From positions 1-58,006 of IMG/VR virus record IMGVR_UViG_3300033407_000015: a stretch of 58,006 nucleotides of DNA. One strand, 5' to 3'. The position numbers were made by a program, and so were the translations under genes. The notes beneath the pieces are model-generated. The model saw only the letters and a program-made list of their open reading frames with translations, made no database searches and had not been told where the DNA came from. Origin of the DNA: a virus. Its lineage: Duplodnaviria; Caudoviricetes. Positions 27,581-36,789 of this stretch are shown piece after piece. Position 1 is the stretch's first letter. Each line of letters opens with the position of its first letter.

Positions 27581-28711
27581 ATGATGTTGCCAGCCACAGG
27601 TCCGACGACCTCGCTCATGGAAGACCTTCAGTCCCTCAACATGGTTGAGAACAGCGAACCTTCGTCGAAGATCAAGCAGGTCAAGAAGTCTGACGCCGAA
27701 GGCGGAGACTATGCTGGTAAGCCCGGCAACAAGACTCCTGATCCTGGCGGCGACGTCGATCTGGAGACTGGTGACGCGGCTGCTGGTCACTACACCTACG
27801 TTCCCGGACGTGGCGACGAAGACGTCGGTCCCGGTGGCAAGTACGGCAAGGGCCGTGGTGGTGCCAAGAACGAGGACACCAACACCTCAGGCAAGATGGT
27901 CCCGAGCTTCATGATCCCGCCCGTCGTCTCTGAGGACGACCTGGCTGAGGAGCAAGAGGCCCTGGCCGAAGAGGCCCGCGTTGGTCAACTGAACAACGCC
28001 TGGAAGGTCATCAACGCCTACTTCAGCGAGGACGAGGACGGCCTCAACGAGGACGGCCTGCGTGGCGTCATCAACGCCCTGGGTCACGCACTCAACGTGG
28101 CTGTCGAAGACATCAGCATGCTCCAAGGTGAGAACGTTCGCCTGACCGAGGCCGTCAATGACCTGAATCGGATCCTCAAGGAGTCCGAGCTTCACGAGGC
28201 CGCAATGCCTCCTGAGATGGTCGCCAAGTACAAGGCCATGCAGGGCAAGGACGACGACGACGATGACGACGATGAGGACGACGACGAGGAAGAGCAGAAG
28301 GAGTCCACCCGGGGCCGTTCGAACCTCTACGAAGACGCCAGCCTCAACTCGATCCTCAACGAAGTCGCCTCCATCGGTGGTTCGCCCAAGCAGCAGGCGG
28401 TCAACGCCCAGAGCAAGCTGATCGACGCCTTCGAGAGCGTGATGGAGTCGGCCGCTGAGGTCGTCGAGCGTGTCGTAGATGTGATCCGTGATGACGAAGG
28501 TCTCGCCGAGGACGAAGAGATCGAGCTTCCCGAGAACGATGCGCGCCTCAAGGTCGCGCAGTACTTCCAGGGAATCGCCGAGGACGCCCAGAACTACCTC
28601 GCCCGTCTCGCCGACGGTGACGTTGCCTTCCGAGTGGCTGAGGAAGACCTGAACCGCTTGCACGCTGACATCCAGACAGGCATCGACGCGATGCACAAGA
28701 TCCCCGCGTAA
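27581..28711 (+). CDS. Acidic prohead core/scaffold-like protein
   Basis: GAGGAG RBS, D/E tract, many L-x-E sites, position in the head module. Confidence 0.65.
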   Translation: MMLPATGPTTSLMEDLQSLNMVENSEPSSKIKQVKKSDAEGGDYAGKPGNKTPDPGGDVDLETGDAAAGHYTYVPGRGDEDVGPGGKYGKGRGGAKNEDTNTSGKMVPSFMIPPVVSEDDLAEEQEALAEEARVGQLNNAWKVINAYFSEDEDGLNEDGLRGVINALGHALNVAVEDISMLQGENVRLTEAVNDLNRILKESELHEAAMPPEMVAKYKAMQGKDDDDDDDDEDDDEEEQKESTRGRSNLYEDASLNSILNEVASIGGSPKQQAVNAQSKLIDAFESVMESAAEVVERVVDVIRDDEGLAEDEEIELPENDARLKVAQYFQGIAEDAQNYLARLADGDVAFRVAEEDLNRLHADIQTGIDAMHKIPA

Positions 28712-28766
28712 GGAGACGTAGTCGAGGAACGGTTTCGGTAACCCACGACTAAGTCTGGAGAAATTC

Positions 28767-30635
28767 ATGACGACCAACACAATGAGTCCACAGGTGGAGC
28801 AGCGCTTCCGCGCTAGGGCATCCACTCGTCGGCCTCTGGTCGACAACATGCTGGTGGAGTCCGAGGGCTTCACCAAGATGACTGTCCTGGCCGAAGACTC
28901 TCAGCGCAAGGGTGTTCTGATTGTCGAAGGTCTGGTCGGTATCTGTGGAAAGGCGACGAAGAACCTTCGTCTCTACACAGAATCGATCATGAAGCGGGAG
29001 ATCAAGCGTCTCCAGGAGCGGATCGACGCACGATCTCTTCTGGCTGCGGTGGATCACCCAAACGACGGTAAGTCACGTATTCGTGAGGCCGGCGCTATCT
29101 GCGTTGGTCTCCGATGCGAAGCTGATGGTCGGATCATCGGTAAGTACGAGATCGTCGAAGACTCGACGGGTGGTCGTGACCTCGCCGCGTTCCTGCGTGC
29201 AGGTGCCTCCATCGGTATGTCTTCGCGTGGCCTGGGCTCGACCTCAGTCAACATGGAAGGTGTTCACGTCGTTGGCGAGGACTTCAAGCTTCACGGATTT
29301 GATTTCGTCGCTGATCCAGCCTGTGAGACGGCCTACCCCACCTTGGTGTCTGAGGACATTGATGCGGCTACGGTCGATGAGAACCAACTTCGCGCAACCT
29401 TCAGTAACCTTGTCGAGCAGATCGAAGATCGCGCTCGTCAAGCCGGTGCTGAGATCGCTGAGGAAGAGGTCCGGGCTCAGGTCGAAGAGGAGTTCAAGCT
29501 GGCGCTCGATGAAGCCGGCGGCAAGCTTCGCGAGGACATCAAGCTTCAGGTGGAGTCTGAGATCCGCGAGCAGCTTCGCGAGGACTTCTCAGTCAAGTTG
29601 CTGAAGGCGCTCCAAGAGCAGCGGACTCAAATCGAGTCGGTCGTTCGTTCCGAGCTTCTCTCCGACCCGAAGGTTGGTGCCGCTAAGCGCTTCATGGAAG
29701 ACCTGGCAGCGAAGCTCGTCCCGTTCGCTCCTGCTCCCGACCAGCAAGTTGTCATGGATGACTTCGAGAGCAAGCTCTTGGCGTTGCGCGAAGAGGTCGA
29801 GCAGAACGAGGCTGCGGTCCACGCCAAGGACGGCGTCATCAATGAGATGTCTGAGCGCGTGGAACAAGCCGAGCAGGCCGCACGATCGCTAGGCTACAAG
29901 CTCTACATTGAACGGTGTCTTGAGGGTCGTGAAAACGCCGCTCAACTCCGTGAGATGATTGGGATCCCTGACGGCACTGAAGCTGCCGACGAGCTTCGTG
30001 ATCGCGTCAGCGCTGTGCTGCAACAGGTCACAGAGGCAGAAGATCAGGCAATGACCCAGGCGCAGGCCCAGGTCAAGGTCAAGGAGCACAAGGCCGATCT
30101 GGCGCGCAAGAAGGCAGAGGTCGCAACCGAAGAGTTCGATCGCTTCCGCGTCGAGATGGAACAACGCTTCGAGCGACTCTCAACTCGCATGGGCGCACAG
30201 ATTCACGAAAAGGACCGAGCCCTCTCTGAGGCTCTCGGCCATATCGAGAAGCTGGAAGGCACGGTCAGCAAGTCTCGCCGTCAAGTCCAAGAGGCTGATC
30301 TACATGCTTACGCGGCTCGCCGCGTGATCGGTCACCCTCGTGCAAACGACATCCTCAAGCTCGTCGAGAGCGGACGGGTGACTTCCAAGGGCCAGGTCCA
30401 GCAACTCGCAGAGCAGTGGGACAACGCTGCAAGCGAGCCTGGTGGAGTCAGTGAGCGCATTCGTCGCTCACTTGGACGCGGTCGTGAGGCACCTACAGAG
30501 GATGACCAACAGCGTTTCAGTCAACTAATGGAAGGCCAACAGTCCATTCCCGGACTTGAGGGCTTCGATACCACCATGGGAGAACTCCGCGCGCTGTCGG
30601 GGATTGACCATGATTCTTTCAATGGCAGATTCTAA
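28767..30635 (+). CDS. T4 gp21-like prohead protease fused to a long coiled-coil scaffold (gp22-like)
   Basis: N.R.Y, VDHP, IGMSSRGLGS and FDFVADPA motifs, followed by ~430 aa of E/Q/A-rich coiled coil. Confidence 0.9.
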   Translation: MTTNTMSPQVEQRFRARASTRRPLVDNMLVESEGFTKMTVLAEDSQRKGVLIVEGLVGICGKATKNLRLYTESIMKREIKRLQERIDARSLLAAVDHPNDGKSRIREAGAICVGLRCEADGRIIGKYEIVEDSTGGRDLAAFLRAGASIGMSSRGLGSTSVNMEGVHVVGEDFKLHGFDFVADPACETAYPTLVSEDIDAATVDENQLRATFSNLVEQIEDRARQAGAEIAEEEVRAQVEEEFKLALDEAGGKLREDIKLQVESEIREQLREDFSVKLLKALQEQRTQIESVVRSELLSDPKVGAAKRFMEDLAAKLVPFAPAPDQQVVMDDFESKLLALREEVEQNEAAVHAKDGVINEMSERVEQAEQAARSLGYKLYIERCLEGRENAAQLREMIGIPDGTEAADELRDRVSAVLQQVTEAEDQAMTQAQAQVKVKEHKADLARKKAEVATEEFDRFRVEMEQRFERLSTRMGAQIHEKDRALSEALGHIEKLEGTVSKSRRQVQEADLHAYAARRVIGHPRANDILKLVESGRVTSKGQVQQLAEQWDNAASEPGGVSERIRRSLGRGREAPTEDDQQRFSQLMEGQQSIPGLEGFDTTMGELRALSGIDHDSFNGRF

Positions 30636-30647
30636 GGAGGGACACCC

Positions 30648-32093
30648 ATGTTCCAGGCACGTTCAATGATTGCCGAGAGTGCAGAAGGGTGCGCCCTCGC
30701 CGATCACGGTATGGTTCGACAGTACGTCAACAAGTGGGCTCCCCTGCTTGAGGGCATCGAGTCCGAACTCGACAAGTTCACCCCTCGCGGGCAGGCCCAG
30801 TACGTGAAGTCCATCGCGGCTTTCATGTTGGAGAACCAGGCTCGACACCTGAAGCGGCTGTCGGAAGAGACGCGGGCCTTGTCGGTCGGTCCCTTCCTCA
30901 AGTTCGTCTTCCCCGTCATTCGACGGGCCGCCGTGCGCTTGGTCGCGACGCAGATTGCGTCCGTCCAGCCCATGACTGGTCCCATCGGTGGCGTGGCCTT
31001 CTATCGTCCGCGCTACGCGACGGACAAGGGCCAGGTCGTAGCGGGCCAGGAGATGAACAAGACGTTCAACAAGTGGTACTCGTCGAACTTCATCGACGGC
31101 GAGGCGATTGGTACCGGTAACGGCACCAACACCGTCTTCTCGACGAACCTGAAGTTCCCTCGGGTTCTCTCAGGCACGATGCGTGTTCTCGTTCGCACCG
31201 CTGGTACCCGTCAGACGGGCACCCTGGTCGGAACTGACAACGGCGCTGGCGGTCTGACCGCTGTTGCTGGCGGGCCTCTCGCTGGCGGCACGATCAACTA
31301 CCAGGCCGGTCAGCTTCAGGTCAACTTCGCCGCCGCTCCCGCGACGACCGACGAAGTCCTGATCGAGTACAAGTACGACAACGAGTTGAACCCTCGGATC
31401 CCCGAGGTTCAACTGGACATCGCGATCCAGGAGATCCGCGCCGAGAGCCGCAAGCTCAAGTCGCTGGCCTCCGTCGAGGCTGCGGACGACCTCCGCGCTC
31501 TCTGGGGTCGTGACATCGACGCCGACCTCGTTGCTCACATGAGCGACGAAATGACGGCGGAGATCGACCGCGAGATCGCCGGCACGGCGCTCAACGCAGT
31601 CGAGGGTCTGGCCGTTCTGGACTGGGACCGCGCGACTCCTTCGGGCGTCAGCGATCCTGAGCACCTCCAGTCGCTCGTGATCCGCATGTCCGAGTCGAGC
31701 CACATCGTTCACCGTCGCACCCAGCGTGCGCCGACGAACTGGTGCATCACCTCGTCCGAGATCGCCGCCCTTCTGGAGACCATGCCCGGATTCGCTTCCG
31801 TGGACGATGGTCACGTCTACCAGGGAGGCATCATGAAGGGTGGTGTCCTCAACCGGAAGTGGGTGATCTACGTCGATCCGCTCTTCCCGCAGGACGAGAT
31901 TCTCATGGGTTACCAGGGTCCTTCGATCCTGGACACGGGCTTGATCTACAGCCCTTACGTGCCCATGGAGATCACGCCCAACTTTGTCGATCCAAATGAC
32001 TTCAGCCTGCGCCGCGCGATCCGCACGCGTCACAAGATCACCTTGATCCGGCCGGAGTTCTTCTCGAAGGTCAAGGTCTCGAACCTGAACTAG
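30648..32093 (+). CDS. Major capsid protein, T4 gp23-like
   Basis: KWAPLLEG, LENQ, SVQPMTGP.G..FY, AESRKLK, EIDRE, YSPYVP, PNDF..R..I.TR. Confidence 0.95.
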   Translation: MFQARSMIAESAEGCALADHGMVRQYVNKWAPLLEGIESELDKFTPRGQAQYVKSIAAFMLENQARHLKRLSEETRALSVGPFLKFVFPVIRRAAVRLVATQIASVQPMTGPIGGVAFYRPRYATDKGQVVAGQEMNKTFNKWYSSNFIDGEAIGTGNGTNTVFSTNLKFPRVLSGTMRVLVRTAGTRQTGTLVGTDNGAGGLTAVAGGPLAGGTINYQAGQLQVNFAAAPATTDEVLIEYKYDNELNPRIPEVQLDIAIQEIRAESRKLKSLASVEAADDLRALWGRDIDADLVAHMSDEMTAEIDREIAGTALNAVEGLAVLDWDRATPSGVSDPEHLQSLVIRMSESSHIVHRRTQRAPTNWCITSSEIAALLETMPGFASVDDGHVYQGGIMKGGVLNRKWVIYVDPLFPQDEILMGYQGPSILDTGLIYSPYVPMEITPNFVDPNDFSLRRAIRTRHKITLIRPEFFSKVKVSNLN

Positions 32094-32128
32094 TTAACTC
32101 TAGCCGGGTCAAGGACTTAGATCCTTCA

Positions 32129-32165
32129 CAAAAGCGTCGACTCGTTATTCGAGTCGGCGCTTTTG
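32129..32165 (+). terminator. Intrinsic terminator after MCP (potentially bidirectional)
   Basis: caaaagcgtcgactcg-ttatt-cgagtcggcgcttttg. Confidence 0.85.
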
Positions 32166-32252
32166 TCGTTTAGTGATAACTCACAAGAATCACTCAAGGG
32201 TATACACAGATTACGCATTGACCGGACGACTTAATTGCGCTACCCTTCGGCT

Positions 32253-33653
32253 ATGAAAAAAGAGGACAGTGCAATAGTCCGAATACGCAACGAAGCTGCT
32301 AAGGGAGTATCGGTTAGAGCGTTGGCAGTTAGCCATAGATTGTCAGTGGGGGCTATCCAGAAGATAGTGACGGGGAAGACCTACAAGCAGGTGGGCGGGC
32401 CTATCCGCGAAATAGGAACTAAAGAGAAATCGAGAGCCGGAAGCTGTAACCCAAACAAGAGCCTCACCCTTCGACAAGTCATTGATATCCGCAATAAGCT
32501 CAATCAAGGAAGCCCTAGGTCTAAGCTCGCCAGAGACTATCAGGTCAGTCTTTCTACAGTTGATAAGCTGGCGACCGGCAAAAGCTGGAATTTGCCTTAC
32601 GCGATTGGAAACGCAACGACGGTATTCCCTGATGAAGAACTCATCAGGATCAACCTCAAGGAAGGACGACCCGACCGTGGGTCTGAGGAAGAGACGCTCC
32701 TCGTTTCTCGGGTCGAGGCGGCGTTCAAAGTGTTTGGATACCCCTACCGTCGTTGGTCTAGTGCTCAGTTTGATGGGTATCTAGAACGCATCAGAGAGCG
32801 CGCTCCTGCTGTTGATTCGAACTCAGTAATTGATGGTGGGTCGAGCGTCGGACTGCGGCTGTTGAATGCGTTTCACCCGTCGATTGACCATATCAATCGA
32901 AAAGGGGCTAAGTCTCCAGTAGAAGTCTTCAACGATCCTGTGGCCCGCAGAGGCGCCATTATCGATCAAATCAGATATGGAAACAGGCTCTCGCCGGGCG
33001 GAATCAGAAGCGCCCTGACAGAGACTTCGGGGTCAACACAAATCTCATCGTTTCGTCCGACGATTGCTTACGCGCTGATTAAGCACTATGGCGCAAGCTC
33101 GCTTCTGGATCCGTGCGCCGGCTGGGGAGGGCGCATGGTTGGGGCAATCGCCGCTGGAATCTCCTACGTCGGAATAGACCCTAGCGCAGGAACAATAGCT
33201 GGTAACGAGGGTTTCTTAGTCGAGCTAAGCCGCTCAATCACGCCTGAGCAACCCGTGGCGCTTCTCAATGAATGCGCTGAAGACGTGCTTGGCTCTAATC
33301 GAGACATCGGCAAATTTGATCTAGTATTCACAAGTCCTCCATACTTTGATTTAGAGCACTATTCAACTGATCCACGTCAAAGCTACCTTCGGTATCCGAA
33401 CCTGGAACTATGGTCGCGAGAGTTCTTGCAGGTAATGCTTGAGGGAAGCGCCTCTCGTCTTAATTCAGGTGGGCGAGTAGGGATCAATACATTTGATAAA
33501 TTGTCAGAGGTGGTCTTGACTGCCGCAGACAAGGTAGGTCTAACACTCGTTGAAACGCTGCGGATAGAGTTCCCGTCGCGTAGATGGCAAAGAGCTTCTG
33601 GTAATCATGTCAGATCCGAGCCGATATTCATCTTTCAGAGGTCCAACGCATGA
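32253..33653 (+). CDS. Amino (N4-C/N6-A) DNA methyltransferase with two N-terminal HTH-like repeats
   Basis: SAM motif LLDPCAGWGGR; catalytic FTSPPY; repeated IR....G.S...LA..Y.VS...I.K...GK(T/S)(Y/W). Confidence 0.85.
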   Translation: MKKEDSAIVRIRNEAAKGVSVRALAVSHRLSVGAIQKIVTGKTYKQVGGPIREIGTKEKSRAGSCNPNKSLTLRQVIDIRNKLNQGSPRSKLARDYQVSLSTVDKLATGKSWNLPYAIGNATTVFPDEELIRINLKEGRPDRGSEEETLLVSRVEAAFKVFGYPYRRWSSAQFDGYLERIRERAPAVDSNSVIDGGSSVGLRLLNAFHPSIDHINRKGAKSPVEVFNDPVARRGAIIDQIRYGNRLSPGGIRSALTETSGSTQISSFRPTIAYALIKHYGASSLLDPCAGWGGRMVGAIAAGISYVGIDPSAGTIAGNEGFLVELSRSITPEQPVALLNECAEDVLGSNRDIGKFDLVFTSPPYFDLEHYSTDPRQSYLRYPNLELWSREFLQVMLEGSASRLNSGGRVGINTFDKLSEVVLTAADKVGLTLVETLRIEFPSRRWQRASGNHVRSEPIFIFQRSNA

Positions 33654-35002
33654 TGATCAACTCTCCTCGGCAACCGCACCTACCGACGACGGATAGGGAT
33701 AAGGAGAAAATTAAGCGATTAGACATGTTGTTAAAGATGCAAAATCATCCAAGAGGCTGCCGTGAGATTGCGCATCTCATGCTTCCTGGGGTCTACGCTA
33801 AGAGAGACTATCCTTCAACAAAGATCAGCGTAAGAGGGGTTAAAAAGGATCAGCGATTGTCTAGGCTGTTCTACGCTCTATTTGTAGGAGCAATTCCAGA
33901 GGACCAGATGATTAGACATACCTGCGATAACACCAAATGTCTGAATCCGGATCACCTCATACCAGGCACTTCGCAGGATAACGCAACCGACAAAAAACAA
34001 CGCGGTCGTGGAAAGGGGCGTTGTAGTGGAGAGTCAAACGCTAATAGCGTGCTCACGGTTGAATTGATAACTAAGAAAGTTCTTCCGCTTTTGAAAAAAG
34101 GTATAGCCATCAAGGAAATCGCGAAGGAACTGGGCGTTACGCCTCCAACGATTTCCTACATCAAGAATGGTCGAACCTGGTCTGAGGTGACAGGCATACC
34201 AGCGGCTCCCGTGAAGTCTAGAGTCGGTCACTCTAAACGTGCCCCTTATGACCGTAGTAAACCCTTTTCTAACAACTTCATAGCTGAGTTCATGCGTAGC
34301 GTCTCTATTGAGGGCGATGCTACGTCTCTAGACGTAGAGACTCCATGTCGTGTATTCATCGGACAAACCTCTTCTGAGCTTAAGGGAAGAATAAATTCTG
34401 ATGGCTACGGTCAGATCAGATGGGAGGGGAAATATAGATTAGCCCACACCGTTGGATTTAGGATCGCTACCGGGAGGTGGCCTAAGTCTGGCTATGAAAT
34501 CTCACACGCTTGCAGGAATAAGCTCTGCGTCAATCCAGAGCACCTCGATGAGATGACACGTAAGGAACATTTATCCTACGCCGCCGGTAAAGGGTGGCTA
34601 AGCGCAGGTCATGTCGGCAACCGTGGAAATCAAAGGCTCACCGACGATCAGATCCGTCAGATCAAGGAGATCTATCGAGACGAGGATATCGCCGATCAAG
34701 AGGTCGTGGAGCGCCTGAAACTGCCTGTAAGCGCCGCAGCCCTTGCTGGGATCCGTAAAGGCCGGTCTGGCACTCATATCGTTGTCGAGGACTTTGACCC
34801 GCTAATTCGGCGCGGCAGAGCAGCCCGCGGGGCAAAGTCAGGTAGGGCCAAGCTTGGCCCAGAGCAGATCCATGAGATCCGAAGGCGAAGGAGCGCTGGT
34901 GAGCATGCGTTGGCGCTGGCGGAGGAGTTCGGTGTCAGCCGTCGTAACGTGGACGATATCGTAGCGCGACGGACATGGAAGCACCTGTCTGAGCAGGAAT
35001 AG
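33650..35002 (+). CDS. Tandem double HNH endonuclease with HTH-like repeats
   Basis: IRHTCDNTKCLNPDHL and ISHACRNKLCVNPEHL. Confidence 0.85.
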   Translation: MMINSPRQPHLPTTDRDKEKIKRLDMLLKMQNHPRGCREIAHLMLPGVYAKRDYPSTKISVRGVKKDQRLSRLFYALFVGAIPEDQMIRHTCDNTKCLNPDHLIPGTSQDNATDKKQRGRGKGRCSGESNANSVLTVELITKKVLPLLKKGIAIKEIAKELGVTPPTISYIKNGRTWSEVTGIPAAPVKSRVGHSKRAPYDRSKPFSNNFIAEFMRSVSIEGDATSLDVETPCRVFIGQTSSELKGRINSDGYGQIRWEGKYRLAHTVGFRIATGRWPKSGYEISHACRNKLCVNPEHLDEMTRKEHLSYAAGKGWLSAGHVGNRGNQRLTDDQIRQIKEIYRDEDIADQEVVERLKLPVSAAALAGIRKGRSGTHIVVEDFDPLIRRGRAARGAKSGRAKLGPEQIHEIRRRRSAGEHALALAEEFGVSRRNVDDIVARRTWKHLSEQE

Positions 35003-35124
35003 CCTTGAAGCCCGTAAGACAGGATCGAGTCACGATCTTGAAGGATATCTTGTCTGAGTTGCTAAGAGGTATGAAGCAACAGCCTTCTAGATAACTCTAT
35101 GTAATCACGTTATGATGCGCTGGA

Positions 35125-36603
35125 ATGTTCACTCCGCGCACGCTACTGATTCTTGAGCAGCACGGGTTCGCTCTGCTGAAAGAAGCAGAGGAGCAGCATC
35201 CTGCTGTCGACTCTAAGCCTGCGATGACGTTGCCGACGGATCATCTCCCGGATGAGGTGAAGCACGTTGCTCATTCGATCAACGGTGCTGGCGGTAAGGC
35301 CATGCTTATTGGTGGCGCTGTGCGTGACTCACTACGCACCCATTTTGGCCATTCCGATAAGAAGCCCAAGGACTTCGATATGGAAGTCCACGGGATGCAT
35401 CCAGACCACTTGACTAGCCACCTCAGCACTCTTGGAAAGAACAAGGTTGTTGGTGAGAAGTCGTTTGGCATCAACAAGCTCAATAAGGGTGGGCACGAAT
35501 TCGATATCTCGATTCCCTCCCACGCCAGCTTTAAGCAGGGAGAGCATGGCAAGGCTGACCCGCACATGCCTGTCTCAAAGGCGGGGCTTCGTCGCGATTT
35601 CACCATGAACTCAGTTGCAATGGATCCTACCACCGGACATGTCCATGATCCTCAGAACGGAATCCACGACATCAAGCACAAGATCCTCAGGCACTCGACC
35701 AAAGACGCCTTTGAGGAGGCGAATGGAAATGGCCCCATTCGGATCATGCGTGGGGCTCAGTTTGCCGCTCGTCACGGACTAAGCGTCCATCCAAAGACCA
35801 TCGAACTGATGAAGAAGGCGTCGCATCGCCTTGCGACGTCAGAGGTCGCGTCAAGCCGTGTTCATGGTGAATGGAAGAAGCTCATCACCAAAGGTCATCA
35901 TCCCTCGAAAGGGTTAGACGTCTTGAAGCAATCTGGTGCGCTCAAGCACCTGCACCCAGAGCTTCACGGGATGCACGACGATCACTGGGATCACACTAAG
36001 CGAGCAATGGAGCACGCGCACGACGCAACTCACGATCATGCGCATAAGGAGGCGATCCGTTACGCCACGTTGTTCCATAAGACGCATGCCGGCAAAAGCG
36101 CTAACGAGGTTGCAGAGCATGCGCGCAAGCACTTCGGTGTCAACAAGGGGATCGCTGCGCAGATTGGAAGCCTAGTCGAGCACGGACACAAGATTCGTGA
36201 GCTTCACGACTCTAAGGACAAAAATTCTCCTGCCCACGTCCGCCGACTCGCACACTCACTAGGCTCTGCCAATATCGATCAATTAGCTCACGTCGCTGAG
36301 GCGCGTCACAAGGCAGGTAGTGAAGATCCTCACCACGCTGGCGAATGGTTGCGCAAACAAGCAAGAAAGCATGGAGTCCATGATGCTGCGGAGAAGCCCA
36401 TTCTGACCGGTAAACACCTCAAACAGCTTGGCGTAAAGCCTGGTCCACACATGGGCAAGATCATGCAACACGTCCACGGTCTTCAGCTTGATGGTCATGT
36501 TCGATCCGAAGAGGACGCTCTCCATCACGCTCGACGTATCGCTCACGAGGGTGGTCACCTCAGTGAATCCAACTCGTTCTACAACCGAATTTTCAGTTCT
36601 TAG
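35125..36603 (+). CDS. Class II CCA-adding/poly(A)-polymerase-family tRNA nucleotidyltransferase, His-rich
   Basis: GGAVRD..PKDFD, RRDFTMN, DP..G..DI..K.LR, PIRIMRGAQFAAR, R..GEW.K, C-terminal LTG..L..LG.KPGP..GKI. Confidence 0.88.
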   Translation: MFTPRTLLILEQHGFALLKEAEEQHPAVDSKPAMTLPTDHLPDEVKHVAHSINGAGGKAMLIGGAVRDSLRTHFGHSDKKPKDFDMEVHGMHPDHLTSHLSTLGKNKVVGEKSFGINKLNKGGHEFDISIPSHASFKQGEHGKADPHMPVSKAGLRRDFTMNSVAMDPTTGHVHDPQNGIHDIKHKILRHSTKDAFEEANGNGPIRIMRGAQFAARHGLSVHPKTIELMKKASHRLATSEVASSRVHGEWKKLITKGHHPSKGLDVLKQSGALKHLHPELHGMHDDHWDHTKRAMEHAHDATHDHAHKEAIRYATLFHKTHAGKSANEVAEHARKHFGVNKGIAAQIGSLVEHGHKIRELHDSKDKNSPAHVRRLAHSLGSANIDQLAHVAEARHKAGSEDPHHAGEWLRKQARKHGVHDAAEKPILTGKHLKQLGVKPGPHMGKIMQHVHGLQLDGHVRSEEDALHHARRIAHEGGHLSESNSFYNRIFSS

Positions 36604-36609
36604 AGAGAC

Positions 36610-36736
36610 CGGCTACCGCTTGAAAGACGGTGCGGCAAGCTCGTGGTAAGTTGTAGGGTAACCACGGGAAGCCGCGCTATGATTTGCCCGTAAGCTTAGC
36701 CTTGTTGATTCTAGTCCCACCGAAGGGAGGTGCGGG
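36610..36736 (+). ncRNA. Candidate structured cis-regulatory RNA (attenuator/riboswitch-like)
   Basis: GAAA-capped hairpin 36615-36631, cgtggt/accacg stem, alternative partners for 36669-36675, adjacent terminator. Confidence 0.45.
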
Positions 36737-36770
36737 AAAGACGGCGGCTTGCGGAGGTCGTCGTCTTTTT
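36737..36770 (+). terminator. Intrinsic terminator
   Basis: aaagacggcggctt-gcgg-aggtcgtcgtcttttt, a long stem with G-U pairs and a U tract. Confidence 0.8.
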
Positions 36771-36789
36771 CGTTCACTGTGAGAGCCCC

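Noticed and set aside
27887-28876. 329-aa minus-strand ORF
   Set aside because: Antisense shadow of codon-biased head genes; no motifs.
36730-36789. GTG start at 36730 extending the 36790 gene
   Set aside because: It runs through the terminator hairpin; ATG 36790 fits better.
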